The notes: generated from the sequence alone by a model not told the origin. DNA of 64,000 nt from Clostridiales bacterium (GCA_017513085.1 JAFWDK010000023.1:1-64000); one strand, 5' to 3'. Positions 8,122-18,617 are shown, counted from the stretch's first letter. A program made the numbers and translations.

Positions 8122-10803
8122 TTATTCGTCCTGATCTTCCAATATATTTCCTTCCGGGAGGAATTCGAAGACCTCGCCTTCCTCCGACATATCCTCATCC
8201 GCCACGCCAAGTGTTTCCTCGATGTCGCGGACACATTTTTCATACATCTTCATGACCTTCCCATGACCGTCTTCCAACGTCATCTCATCGCCCCGTCCGG
8301 CCGCCGCTTCCAGATCGGCCGCCATCGATGAAAGCTTCTTCAGACCGATCGTCTTGGACGTACTCTTCAATGAATGAACATGGATCTCATAATTCTTCCA
8401 ATCCTTGCGCTCATAGCAATTCTGAAGATTCAGCGATTTCATCTTCTGCTCCATGCAATACTCCGCCAGGATCGCCTTATACATCTCCTCATCGTTCTGA
8501 CAGAAAAACAATCCCGTCTTCGTATCGACACCGGCTTTGTTCAGCGCCGCCAAAAGCGCTGCCGTCGTGCCTTCTTCTGCGTTCCCCTCTTCTGTTACGG
8601 GTGCTTGTTCCATCAGGATCTTGTCTTTCGGAAGATAATTCAGAAGCATCTTCTCCAGTGCTCTGGCATCCACCGGCTTCGTCAGGTAATCGTTGAATCC
8701 TTCTTCGATGTACTTTTCCTTGGCTCCACGTACCACATCCGCCGTAAGACAGATGATCGGGGTCTCGCGGTTTTTCGTATCCTCGCTTTCCCGGATCGTC
8801 TTCATGGCCGTCGTACCGTCCATTCCCGGCATACGCTGATCCATCAGGATCAGATCGTATTTTTTCTCTGAAGCCAGGCGTATCGCATCCTGCCCGGAAA
8901 TCGCCGTATTGACCTGAATGTCAGTTCTTTTCAAGAGATTGACCACAACAACGATGTTCATCTTGGTATCGTCAACGACCAGGATCTTCGCCTCCGGTGC
9001 CCGGAAGGATTCCTGATACGTCACTTCACCGTCTTCGTCATTCAGTTTCGCCTTGATATCACCCAGAGGCTCTTCGTCTTCGATCTTCTGCCACAGCTCG
9101 AACCAGAATGTGGACCCAACTCCGTACGTACTCTTCACCTTCAGTTCGCTGCCCATCAGGGAAAGAAGTTTTGTCGTGACGGATATGCCCAGACCTGTAC
9201 CCTCGATGTTCCTGTTGCGGACCACATCAAGTCTTTCAAAAGATTCGAAAAGCTTACTCATGTCGCTTTCCTTGATGCCGATGCCGGTATCTTTCACTTC
9301 AACATAGAGAAGAGTGGACGCATCCGGTCCCGGTCTTCTTTCCTTTTCGCGGATCGTCAATGTCACGGTTCCTTTTTCCGTATACTTTACGGCATTGGTC
9401 AGAAGATTCATGATGATCTCGTTTATGCGGGTATTGTCACCATAAAGCTCTGACGGGATATTCGGATCCACATCCAGCTCCACTTCCAGAAATTTGGCGC
9501 GCGCGCGTTCCGAGATGGAGTTCATCACATAGGCGATCTGCGATTTCACACTGTATCGCGCCGGCACGATCTCCATCTTTCCGTTTTCGATCTTCGAGAA
9601 ATCCAGGATACTGTTGACCAGCTGAAGAAGATTCTGGCCGGACTGACGGATATTTCTTGAATAGCCCCGGATATCCCTGCTGTCAGACTCTCTGTAGATC
9701 ACCTCATTCATACCGAGTATCGCATTGATCGGTGTGCGGATCTCGTGGGACATGTCCGCCAGGAACCGGCTCTTGGCTTCGCTGGCCTCATCCGCCGCCT
9801 GTTTCTCCAGTTTCAGCACATGCGCAGTATATTCCTGCTGCTGCTTGTTGAGTTTTTCGAGGACCAGCGCCAGGAAAACGGCAAACACGCCACCGACGAG
9901 GATGGCGATCACTTCCGTGATCAGGAAACCTTTCATGGAATCCCGAACCGCATACATCATCTGCGCCCGGCTCGTCGCAATGCCTACATACCAGCCTGTA
10001 TCCGCCATGGAAGTCACCACGATCCCACGGGTGACTCCGTCATAGTCATCGATATAGACCATCTCGCCCGATCCTTCCCGGATCGTATCGACCACTTTTT
10101 CATAAGAAACACCGGACACGTCCATAATGCCATGAGGCACGTCGTCAAAATCATAAGCCTCATCAGGATGCACGATCATGCCAAGATTTTCGTCCACCAG
10201 AAAAGCATAACTGTCCTGCGCCACTTCGGCTTCGCTGATAATATTCACCAACGTATCCACAAAAATATCGGCGGCCAGCACGCCCTGAAGCGTATCCCCT
10301 TTATAAACGGCTTTAGAGATCGTAATGATCGGCTGTTTCGTATCCGAATCCATGTACGGAGTCGAATAAAAAAGCGCCCGTGTGCTGGCTGCCGTTGTGT
10401 ACCATTCGCGGTCGTGGACGTAATCAACGGTACCATCCACCACAAAATCCGAGGCGCAAGCCATAGTGTTGTCCGGATAAGTAAAATAAAAGTCGTAAAT
10501 ATCGTCGTTTCTGTTCAGTTTTTCGTAATTGGAAAGCAGATATTGATGGAATGCCTCACGATCCCCGTCATATATGCCCGAGATCTCGATCTGGGTCGCA
10601 AGCGTGTCGATAATGGTTGCTTTCGTATTTATCCATGCCGTCAGCTCTCTCGAATACTTTTCCGCCGCAACGCGATAGTTTTCTTCTGACTGGGCAAAAA
10701 CACTCTTCTTGGCACGCTGATAACTGACCACTGAAAGCAGTCCGGTACTTGCCAGTACCACCAGCACGATCAAAAGCGTCATTCTAACCCGAAAACTCTT
10801 CAT
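8122..10803 (-). CDS. dCache-type hybrid sensor histidine kinase with REC and Hpt
   Basis: TM-extracellular dCache (REWY, PYMD, GVLAAD, YAFLVD..G.IVHP)-TM; SHEIRTP; NAVKYT; REC LMDQRMP; Hpt HSLKSTS. Start placed at MKSFRV (10803); the ORF is open to 10905. Confidence 0.88.
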   Translation of the reverse strand: MKSFRVRMTLLIVLVVLASTGLLSVVSYQRAKKSVFAQSEENYRVAAEKYSRELTAWINTKATIIDTLATQIEISGIYDGDREAFHQYLLSNYEKLNRNDDIYDFYFTYPDNTMACASDFVVDGTVDYVHDREWYTTAASTRALFYSTPYMDSDTKQPIITISKAVYKGDTLQGVLAADIFVDTLVNIISEAEVAQDSYAFLVDENLGMIVHPDEAYDFDDVPHGIMDVSGVSYEKVVDTIREGSGEMVYIDDYDGVTRGIVVTSMADTGWYVGIATSRAQMMYAVRDSMKGFLITEVIAILVGGVFAVFLALVLEKLNKQQQEYTAHVLKLEKQAADEASEAKSRFLADMSHEIRTPINAILGMNEVIYRESDSRDIRGYSRNIRQSGQNLLQLVNSILDFSKIENGKMEIVPARYSVKSQIAYVMNSISERARAKFLEVELDVDPNIPSELYGDNTRINEIIMNLLTNAVKYTEKGTVTLTIREKERRPGPDASTLLYVEVKDTGIGIKESDMSKLFESFERLDVVRNRNIEGTGLGISVTTKLLSLMGSELKVKSTYGVGSTFWFELWQKIEDEEPLGDIKAKLNDEDGEVTYQESFRAPEAKILVVDDTKMNIVVVVNLLKRTDIQVNTAISGQDAIRLASEKKYDLILMDQRMPGMDGTTAMKTIRESEDTKNRETPIICLTADVVRGAKEKYIEEGFNDYLTKPVDARALEKMLLNYLPKDKILMEQAPVTEEGNAEEGTTAALLAALNKAGVDTKTGLFFCQNDEEMYKAILAEYCMEQKMKSLNLQNCYERKDWKNYEIHVHSLKSTSKTIGLKKLSSMAADLEAAAGRGDEMTLEDGHGKVMKMYEKCVRDIEETLGVADEDMSEEGEVFEFLPEGNILEDQDE

Positions 10804-11074
10804 GCTTTTACGATTCGAAGCGCAACTGGAAACGGCTTCTACTATCCTTACCCCATTCCTGCCACAATACCCCAGTCGGCAGGCCTCTTTTGATAATTTT
10901 ACCATAGCGCGCCGTTTCGAAAAATGTACTCAACGTGACAATTTATTTAAATAAATGAATTTTCGGGCATGCGCGTTTAACAGGGCTTTTCGTAAGGATG
11001 TGTCTCTTCCTTGCTTTTTCTTCTTATTCCGAATATATTGTGTATAGAAGCACCTAGCGAAAGGAGAACACGAC

Positions 11075-11656
11075 ATGAAGAAATTCGAGATTACCGAAGT
11101 GCTGGAAGAAGCCTGCAAGCAGACTCTTTTATGCCGTATGTTCCTTAAATCCGATCCGAACTGCTATAACTGTTTTCCTCTCCAGAAGAGCGACGAGTTG
11201 TTTCTTTACATGGATGAACAGGACTTTCGTCTGGACGGGTATGTCGTGCGCCGGATCAAAGACGTTGTCGAGATCAGCAGCAAGGTCGACCTGACCAACG
11301 ATATCCTGGAAAGCGAAGGTGTCACTTCCGAGATCAAAAAGATCGATATCGACCTTTCATCCTGGGACCGTGTGCTTTTCTATCTGTCCGAGAAGCGTAT
11401 GAACGCCATTTTCGAGTCCGAAGACAGAAACAGCGGACAGATCGATTTCGTCATCGGCCGTATCGAGAAGAAAGACGACCGTTATCTCTATGTCCGCGGA
11501 TTTGACGCCGATGGAAAATGGGAAGACAAATCGACGCGCATTGCATTCTCCGAACTGATCTCCATATCTTTCGGGACACGCTATGTCGAGATCTTCTCCA
11601 AATATCTTCCGGTATGTCCGGTCGAACCGGAGATCTCACTTGTCAAGCCGGAATGA
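11075..11656 (+). CDS. Hypothetical soluble protein (193 aa)
   Basis: AAGGAG RBS before ATG; globular-looking sequence; no motif recognised. Confidence 0.75.
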   Translation: MKKFEITEVLEEACKQTLLCRMFLKSDPNCYNCFPLQKSDELFLYMDEQDFRLDGYVVRRIKDVVEISSKVDLTNDILESEGVTSEIKKIDIDLSSWDRVLFYLSEKRMNAIFESEDRNSGQIDFVIGRIEKKDDRYLYVRGFDADGKWEDKSTRIAFSELISISFGTRYVEIFSKYLPVCPVEPEISLVKPE

Positions 11657-11733
11657 CCCCCACCAAGGGAGTTCCCGAAAAACCGAAGAACACCAAGTCT
11701 ATTCTCATCAAATTCTCGCAAAGGAGGAAAACC

Positions 11734-11985
11734 ATGCACTATACGTATCGAACGACAGGAACCTGTTCCAGCAAGATCGATTTTGAGATCAACGATGGTG
11801 TGGTCACAGATGTGGTCTTCACAAACGGCTGTAACGGCAATCTGAAGGCCATCAGCAAGCTGATTGACGGCTGGACGGCAGACGCGATTGCCGAGAAGCT
11901 TGCCGGTAATACATGCGGCTTTAGATCCACTTCTTGTGCCGACCAACTTGCCCAAGCAGTTTTGGAAGCAAAAAGCAAGGAGTAA
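11734..11985 (+). CDS. TSCPD-domain small 4-Cys protein (TIGR03905-like)
   Basis: AAGGAGG RBS; Y.T.GTCS, F..GCNGNLKAI, CG.R.TSCADQLA. Confidence 0.85.
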   Translation: MHYTYRTTGTCSSKIDFEINDGVVTDVVFTNGCNGNLKAISKLIDGWTADAIAEKLAGNTCGFRSTSCADQLAQAVLEAKSKE

Positions 11986-12023
11986 TTCGGCAAAAAAAAC
12001 ACGTCCAAACTCCTACTAATACT

Positions 12024-12051
12024 TTGAATTTTGCTATAAATATGTTATAGT
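12024..12051 (+). promoter_or_regulatory. Putative sigma-A promoter of the subtilase gene
   Basis: TTGAAT-16-TATAGT with an extended -10 TG. Confidence 0.5.
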
Positions 12052-12104
12052 AGTCGTATTAGTTTTTTATCTAATGATATGGCTAGAAGAAAGGAATTAA
12101 GAAA

Positions 12105-14153
12105 ATGAAAAACAGTGTTTTGCTTAAAACGTTGGGTTTAACGTTAGTTGCAGGTGTAACTGTTTCTTCTCTGGGCATTCCGGCGAAGACGGTTTCTGCA
12201 GACGCAGACAAGGGCATCAATGTTGGAGATTACTCCATTAATCTTGATGAATCCCGCCCGCATGAAGCAAATGAATTGCTCATTTCAACCAAGGGTGTTG
12301 ATCTGACAGTTGACGCTTCCTCGTTAGGCTTTGCGTACTCCTCCATTGAGAAGGTAGACATCTCTTTTGATGACAATCTGTACCTTGTCAAGACTGATCC
12401 GAACGTCAAGACAGTTTCCGTTGCCGAGACTTTTGACGCGGACACATTCAACTACATCGAGTACAACTACATTAATGAATTGATCAAGCCGGTTACTCCT
12501 TATGCAGGAACAGGCTTGGAAGTTCCGGGCTGGCAGCACAAATATCTGGATTCCCAGTCTGCATGGACTACTCTGAGCAAGACAACACACAGCAAAGTCC
12601 GTGTTGCTATCATTGACCAGGGTGTCGATTATACACATCCTGAACTCGAAGGTCTCGTAAACAAGAACCTGAGCTATGACTGTCAGCGTGACAAGAAACT
12701 CGGTTCCGACGGATTCGGCGATCACGGTACTCACGTTGCAGGTATTGTCGGTGGAAGATACAGCGGCAGCTCCGATGTGAACCGCGGTGTTGCTTCCGGT
12801 GCGAAGAACGACGTAGTTGAGATGGTTAGTGTTAACATCTTCCCGTCTTCCGGCGGTGCTTCCGATCTGGTTTGCGCAAAGGGTATCACCTATGCTGCAG
12901 ATAAGAATTGCCGTGTAGCGAACATGAGTTTCGGTGGTAACGGTTATTCCAACACCATGGGCGGCGCTGTACGTTATGCATATATGGTCAAGGGTATGTG
13001 CCTCATCGCTGCGGCAGGAAACGAGTCTTCTGACATCTCTTCCTTCCCGTCCGACTATCCGGAAGTTTTCAGCGTAATGGCTTCCGATGCTTACGCAGAT
13101 CCGACGCTCTACAAGGGCGCAAGCTATTCCAACTATGGTTATGCTAAGGACGTTATCGCTCCTGGTTCCGTTATCAACAGCTCTGTTGTTGGTGGCGGTT
13201 TTGCAGAAAAGTCCGGTACTTCCATGGCTTCTCCGTGTGTAACCGGTGTTGCTGCTATGATGATTTCCGTAAATACTAAGATCACGCCTGCTCAGATCAA
13301 GACTTTGATCAAGAAGACCTGCCTGGATCTTTACAACAAGGGTTATGACCCGTACACAGGTTATGGTATGGTCGATGCAGGTGAAGCGGTTGTTGCTGCT
13401 AAGAACCTGAAGGCTTCCAGCGATATTTCTTCTTTCATCACAAGAAGCTACGAAGCTGCTCTGGACCGTGTTCCGGACGATGCTACAGTAGAGTACTGGG
13501 TTGGCAAGCTCAGCGAGGGCGCTACCGGTGCTGATTACATCAACTCTATCTGCAATGCTCCTGAGATCGAATCTCTCAACTACAATGATCGTGCATTCGT
13601 TAATATGCTTTACAATGCAATCTTCAATCGTGTAGCTGACAAAGATGGTATGTCCACATGGGTTGCTTATCTCGAGGCCGGCTGCAGCAGAAAGTCCCTG
13701 GTTGCTCAGTTCATCAACTCTGCTGAGTTCGAAGCTCTCTGCGATTCTTATGGTATCGAAGCCGGTAAGGCTGACTTTGATAAGGAAAGCGAGAGAAACC
13801 TCAAGGTTACTGCTTTCGTTAATCGTCTCTATGGCATCTGCCTCAACCGTGCTTCTGAAGAAGATGGTCTTGAGTTCTGGTGCGAGAAGATCAACAACGG
13901 CGAGTTCTCTGCACAGCAGATCGTTTCTTTCTTCTTCACCAGCCCTGAATATACGGCTCTGAACAGAAATGACGAAGCTTTCCTGAATGATCTTTACAGC
14001 GCATTCTTCGACAGAGAAGCTGATGCTGCAGGTTTTGCATTCTGGGCAGAACAGCTCGCTAACGGCACAGCTCGTGCTGACATTCTCTCCGGCTTCATCT
14101 ATTCCGAAGAGTTCAGCGCTCTCTGCGCTTCCTACGGTGTTCGCCAGTTCTGA
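12105..14153 (+). CDS. Secreted S8 subtilisin-like serine protease with C-terminal DUF4214-like repeats
   Basis: Signal peptide; catalytic IIDQG, DHGTHVAG, GTSMASP, oxyanion AAAGN; C-terminal repeats LY..F.R.AD..G..W..L..G...F..S.EF. Confidence 0.9.
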   Translation: MKNSVLLKTLGLTLVAGVTVSSLGIPAKTVSADADKGINVGDYSINLDESRPHEANELLISTKGVDLTVDASSLGFAYSSIEKVDISFDDNLYLVKTDPNVKTVSVAETFDADTFNYIEYNYINELIKPVTPYAGTGLEVPGWQHKYLDSQSAWTTLSKTTHSKVRVAIIDQGVDYTHPELEGLVNKNLSYDCQRDKKLGSDGFGDHGTHVAGIVGGRYSGSSDVNRGVASGAKNDVVEMVSVNIFPSSGGASDLVCAKGITYAADKNCRVANMSFGGNGYSNTMGGAVRYAYMVKGMCLIAAAGNESSDISSFPSDYPEVFSVMASDAYADPTLYKGASYSNYGYAKDVIAPGSVINSSVVGGGFAEKSGTSMASPCVTGVAAMMISVNTKITPAQIKTLIKKTCLDLYNKGYDPYTGYGMVDAGEAVVAAKNLKASSDISSFITRSYEAALDRVPDDATVEYWVGKLSEGATGADYINSICNAPEIESLNYNDRAFVNMLYNAIFNRVADKDGMSTWVAYLEAGCSRKSLVAQFINSAEFEALCDSYGIEAGKADFDKESERNLKVTAFVNRLYGICLNRASEEDGLEFWCEKINNGEFSAQQIVSFFFTSPEYTALNRNDEAFLNDLYSAFFDREADAAGFAFWAEQLANGTARADILSGFIYSEEFSALCASYGVRQF

Positions 14154-14184
14154 TCCTAGCGACCCGAAGAACAAAAACAAAATC

Positions 14185-14220
14185 AAGGAAGCTGTCTCAA
14201 ATGAGACAGCTTCCTTTTTA
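14185..14220. terminator. Probably bidirectional terminator, GCTGTCTC/GAGACAGC family
   Basis: AAGGAAGCTGTCTCA-AA-TGAGACAGCTTCCTT followed by Ts, between convergent genes. Confidence 0.8.
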
Positions 14221-14375
14221 TATATATACATTATAGATTCATATAGATTCTATCTTTGTAAGACCTGCCACCCGGTCTTTTCTCTAAGCCAAAGTCATCC
14301 TGTCAGAGGATAGTGCTCCGGATATTTACTGTTTTCATCAGTGGATTGCTTTACGCTGTTTTTCTGTATTATCCA

Positions 14376-16775
14376 TCAGCGGATGGTACCGACCTGGATC
14401 AGATGCTTACTCACGAATCTTCGAATACGGGAATTTTTGGCATTCTCAGTAGTCAACATCTTCTGCCCTAAATCAATCAAAGACTGTAGTTCTTCATTCG
14501 TTACTCCATCAGCGCTAAACGCAGCCTTCTGGGCAATAGAAACGAGCTTTCGGGAAGGGCGCTTCTTATACGGGATCAACGCAAGGCGTATATATCGATA
14601 GTATGCGCGGGCACGATTATTGACATTCCCTGAAGAAAACTTGTTTTTCCACCAGAGACAGTATCCTAACCTTATTATGAGCAGTACAACAACGATGGCC
14701 AAAATGACTAAGATCAGTTTTGCCCAGAATGGTATCTTTGTTCTGACTACAATCGATTGGCGCTCCTCTTCCATTTGCCTTACTGATTCGTGAAGTGACG
14801 CAAAACTCTGAGAGGATTCCGTGGTGACATCTTCACTTTCAAGTGTCGGTCTGGGTGTAATCAGCTCTTGTATCTTCTCGCTGGCGCGTGAGTGCGGGGG
14901 ATGATTCTGATCGAGATCGACTGCCAACTGGCTGTCAGTCTTAACCGTATTGAGTCCGAATCCCTCCATAGCATTCTGGTTTCCCGGGGTCGGATCGCAG
15001 AGCACCCATCCATAATCTTCCGTAAAGAACTCAAACCAGGCATGCGCATCTGTCGTGAACACAGGGCAAGAGTCCCAGTTTCTCACATTATTGAGCATAT
15101 ATCCGTTCACATACCGTGTCGGAACCCCGATCATGCGAAGAAGAATCGCTGCGGTAGTCGCATAATGCACGCAGAAACCTGTATCCGCGTCCTCGATAAA
15201 CCATTCGATAAAATCTTTGTCATCCGGCGGATATGGCGTGGAAGCATCATATGGATGGAGTTGTGATACCATCGCGATCACTCGCTCCACCTTCTCCTCA
15301 TCCGACAAATACCCCGGATCACTCATGCATTGTTTAAACCACACAGGAAGCACGTCACTGGTCTCGATCGCAGTCCAAGTGTCCGATGGAACATTCAGAT
15401 AACGTGAATACACCAGATCCAGGTATTCATCTGACCATGCACCGGCGACTTTAACCGGCACATTGTTGTATGCATATACGTATTTTGTACTGCCATTCAG
15501 TTCAGGTGAAAGCTCTTGAAGCATATCGGTGGTCCGTTCATGAATCTCACCGGCTCCTGTTTCTGAAGAGTGACGGTAATTGTCCGCATAGTACGGGACG
15601 GCTCGTCGGACTGCCTTGGCCTCCATCGTTACCTCAAGGATATATTTTCCTTCCAAAGGATCCGGCAAAACACCATTCAGATAGAACTCTTGCGGACTCA
15701 TGTCGATTTCGTCGGCCGTCCACACATTATCGCTGTATTTTCCCATAGAGGCAGTTTTCAGATAAATATACCGACTGGGCTCGACATCCATCGCGTATGT
15801 GGAATTCGGATAACGCTCGACCGTCATGATTTTAACTTCCGGTGGTTCGAAATCTCCAACCATACTCAGATCTTCCTTGCTTCCATCGTTCATGACGACA
15901 ACTTGTTTCGCAATGTCTGATATTACAGAACTTCCACTCCATTGCTTACCCTTCTCTTTCTGTTTAAAAAAATCCAGAACTGATTTTGGCATTTTATTGC
16001 TCAGTTTGGATACATCGGTTGCAATAGATTTAAAAAATGCTTTCTCCTTTTCCGCCCATTCGTTTTTGTTATATCCTTTCTGAGGGAAGATAATACCAAG
16101 TACCAGAAGAAGCGCCACGACCGGGAATGCCAGTCTAAGGACGATCTGGTCTTTTCTTTCCCCTTTTTCTTTTCGCAGGCACCGCAAACAAACCAACAAA
16201 ATGATAGATGCGATGACCATCTCACAGGAAAGCATGCTAGGGAATAAATAATCGAGGGCTATGGTACAAAGAATGTAGGGCAGACAGCTTGTCAAAGCAA
16301 ACCAGCACGAGCGGCGCCGCAGTACCACAAAAGAAGTCAGAGATGCCGGCCAGGTGGCAAGGAGCAGAAAGAATAGCGTAATCGAGTGATCGGAAGCCGA
16401 CACCTGCATTTTGGCAGCCGGAAGAGGGAGATCCCTGAACGTATACACCTTCAGCATTCTCAGAGTATTCCACATGGCGTCTTTCGCGCCGCCTAAATTC
16501 ATTAATAGAATGCCTACGCAGATCAAGGCATTGACGCCAAACATCACCAGAGGATATATCTTACTTTTTCTGCTGTTCACATATACTGCACCCGCCACAT
16601 ATAGTGGAAGGATCGTCAGAAGCATGACGAAACGAAGAGGCAGATCGTAGGTGCTTTGAACCAGCAGAGTCAGCCCGAGCGACAACGCCAAGGAAAGGGA
16701 AAATGCAAGTACGATCGTGCTTATTCCGATTTGAAGATCGCTTCTATTTAAGTTTTCGGACTTATTTTTTTTCAT
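14376..16775 (-). CDS. Membrane transglutaminase-like protein (TgpA-like architecture), copy 1
   Basis: Multi-TM N-terminus; GFCVHYAT (Cys), HAWFE (His), DPTP (Asp); C-terminal TM and tail. Confidence 0.88.
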   Translation of the reverse strand: MKKNKSENLNRSDLQIGISTIVLAFSLSLALSLGLTLLVQSTYDLPLRFVMLLTILPLYVAGAVYVNSRKSKIYPLVMFGVNALICVGILLMNLGGAKDAMWNTLRMLKVYTFRDLPLPAAKMQVSASDHSITLFFLLLATWPASLTSFVVLRRRSCWFALTSCLPYILCTIALDYLFPSMLSCEMVIASIILLVCLRCLRKEKGERKDQIVLRLAFPVVALLLVLGIIFPQKGYNKNEWAEKEKAFFKSIATDVSKLSNKMPKSVLDFFKQKEKGKQWSGSSVISDIAKQVVVMNDGSKEDLSMVGDFEPPEVKIMTVERYPNSTYAMDVEPSRYIYLKTASMGKYSDNVWTADEIDMSPQEFYLNGVLPDPLEGKYILEVTMEAKAVRRAVPYYADNYRHSSETGAGEIHERTTDMLQELSPELNGSTKYVYAYNNVPVKVAGAWSDEYLDLVYSRYLNVPSDTWTAIETSDVLPVWFKQCMSDPGYLSDEEKVERVIAMVSQLHPYDASTPYPPDDKDFIEWFIEDADTGFCVHYATTAAILLRMIGVPTRYVNGYMLNNVRNWDSCPVFTTDAHAWFEFFTEDYGWVLCDPTPGNQNAMEGFGLNTVKTDSQLAVDLDQNHPPHSRASEKIQELITPRPTLESEDVTTESSQSFASLHESVRQMEEERQSIVVRTKIPFWAKLILVILAIVVVLLIIRLGYCLWWKNKFSSGNVNNRARAYYRYIRLALIPYKKRPSRKLVSIAQKAAFSADGVTNEELQSLIDLGQKMLTTENAKNSRIRRFVSKHLIQVGTIR

Positions 16776-17670
16776 CCGCGTCCTCCTTAGGGATCTGCAT
16801 ATGAAGGATCTTCAAGATCGCCGTATCGAGATCTCTTTGAGACTCGATGTTAAAAGCGACCTCCCTCTTCTTTGGCGGCAGGACACGGATCTTGTGATCG
16901 ATGTCATGGCTGAGAAAATAGTTTGACGTGAACAGTAATTCGCCAAGTTTTTGGTCCATCTGATCACGATCGTTTTTTAGTTCGAGATAAACACGGGCAT
17001 GACCGAAACAAGGCTCCTGAGGTTCTTTGACCAGAATATGGTCGCGCTTGGCCGATAGTTTCCAATGAATATTCTTGACCGGATCTCCCACCATGTAATC
17101 ACGAACATCGTAGATCTCAGAATACGGCGCACGTGATTTTTTCAGCATGCGTGCTTTAAAACCGTTCGATTCCGGGATAATCTCCGGAATGATCGGGATC
17201 GGGCGAACCACCACTTCTTCTTTCAGATGGAATTTCTTGGAAACGAAGAAGAGCTTAAACAAGTCATAGACCTTATAATTTGAGGAAGTAAATACATATG
17301 TGCCGCAATGCTCGGTATTGATCGGGAAATGCTTCTCCCCGCCATGAGCAAACTCGATTTTTTTATAGTTCTGCTTGATATCGCTCATGATTTCCTGGCT
17401 AACCAGAGAAAGACGGCAGACAAAGAAACCGAAAACGCTCCGGCTTTCTGCCTTTACTACGATTTCTGCCTCTTTTCCGATCTGGACATTCTTAGGGACC
17501 TTGACTTCTATCCTGGTGTGAAAACTATTGATGATTGCCGAAATCAAAGAAATCGGCGGTATCAAGAGCAGGATCAGCATGCAATACCACGATAGCCACA
17601 TCTGATAAAACAGAAAGAACACTACCGAAGCAACAAGCATCAGAATGTATAAACACCAACTCTTTACCAT
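16762..17670 (-). CDS. DUF58 family protein, copy 1
   Basis: N-terminal TM pair; D.F.LF; VRDY..GDPVKNIHWKLSAK; sits between moxR and the transglutaminase. Confidence 0.88.
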   Translation of the reverse strand: MVKSWCLYILMLVASVVFFLFYQMWLSWYCMLILLLIPPISLISAIINSFHTRIEVKVPKNVQIGKEAEIVVKAESRSVFGFFVCRLSLVSQEIMSDIKQNYKKIEFAHGGEKHFPINTEHCGTYVFTSSNYKVYDLFKLFFVSKKFHLKEEVVVRPIPIIPEIIPESNGFKARMLKKSRAPYSEIYDVRDYMVGDPVKNIHWKLSAKRDHILVKEPQEPCFGHARVYLELKNDRDQMDQKLGELLFTSNYFLSHDIDHKIRVLPPKKREVAFNIESQRDLDTAILKILHMQIPKEDADEKK

Positions 17671-17684
17671 ACATCAGACCGCAA

Positions 17685-18617
17685 TCAGACTTTCGGTACA
17701 GCAGTAGAATGAATAATGGCTTTTGCGATCTCATCGCTGCTCTTCTCATTGACTTCCGCTTCAGGTGTTAAAATGAGACGATGTCCCATGACCGGATTAA
17801 AGACCGCCTGCACGTCGCTGGGAATAACAAAGTTGCGATCACAAAGATAAGCATATGCTTTGGCCATAGATGTCAGCGCCAGCGTTGCACGCGGACTCGC
17901 GCCTCGATCCAGGTCGGCATGTTTTCTTGTATTGGCAACCAGTGCGACGATATAGTCCAGCACGGCATCACTGACAAATGTACAGTCGACGTCGTTCTGC
18001 ATGATTAAGATGTCCTGGAGCGTCATGATCTGCTGGACGTTTTCCATCGGATTTCTGCCCTTCTCACGATTTTTGATCATGAGTTTTTCATCTACGACTG
18101 ACGGATAACCCATGGAAACACGGATAGCAAAACGGTCCATCTGTGAATCCGGCAGAAGCGACGTACCGGAAGCGCCGGACGGGTTCTGCGTCGCAATGAC
18201 CACGAACGGTTTCGGAAGCGCATAGGAATTGCCGTCTACGGTGACCTGTCTTTCTTCCATAGCTTCGAGAAGCGCGGACTGGGTACGTGACGAAGCGCGG
18301 TTCAGTTCATCTGCGAGGAAAAGGTTGTGAAAGATCGAGCCCGGCTGATAACGCATGCTTGAACTCATTTTGTCATACACGGAAAAACCGGTGATATCGG
18401 AAGGCAGTACGTCCGGCGTAAACTGTACTCGACCGTAATCCAGGCCCATGGTCTTTGAAAAAGCCAGTGCCATGGTCGTCTTTCCCACACCCGGAACATC
18501 TTCCATCAAGACATGTCCTCCGGAAAGGATGCCCGCCAGGACCATCACGATCGTATAGTCTTTACCACAGATCACCTTCTTGATCTCTTCCACGATTTGT
18601 TTTGTTTTAACACTCAT
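17685..18617 (-). CDS. moxR: MoxR family AAA+ ATPase, copy 1
   Basis: EDVPGVGKT, RVQFTPDVLPSDITG, ADELNR, ATQNP, GASPRA. Confidence 0.93.
   Translation of the reverse strand: MSVKTKQIVEEIKKVICGKDYTIVMVLAGILSGGHVLMEDVPGVGKTTMALAFSKTMGLDYGRVQFTPDVLPSDITGFSVYDKMSSSMRYQPGSIFHNLFLADELNRASSRTQSALLEAMEERQVTVDGNSYALPKPFVVIATQNPSGASGTSLLPDSQMDRFAIRVSMGYPSVVDEKLMIKNREKGRNPMENVQQIMTLQDILIMQNDVDCTFVSDAVLDYIVALVANTRKHADLDRGASPRATLALTSMAKAYAYLCDRNFVIPSDVQAVFNPVMGHRLILTPEAEVNEKSSDEIAKAIIHSTAVPKV

Noticed and set aside
229-8331. Long plus-strand ORFs (399, 309, 435, 430 aa) over the signalling genes
   Set aside because: Antisense shadows; the minus-strand proteins have clear domains
11518-11733. N-terminal extension of the TSCPD ORF
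   Set aside because: Overlaps the previous gene; the RBS supports 11734
12324-14231. 635-aa ORF antisense to the subtilase
   Set aside because: Shadow frame of a codon-biased gene; no motifs or RBS
14221-14260. AT-rich short repeat TATAGATTC x2
   Set aside because: Too short and low-complexity to distinguish from chance
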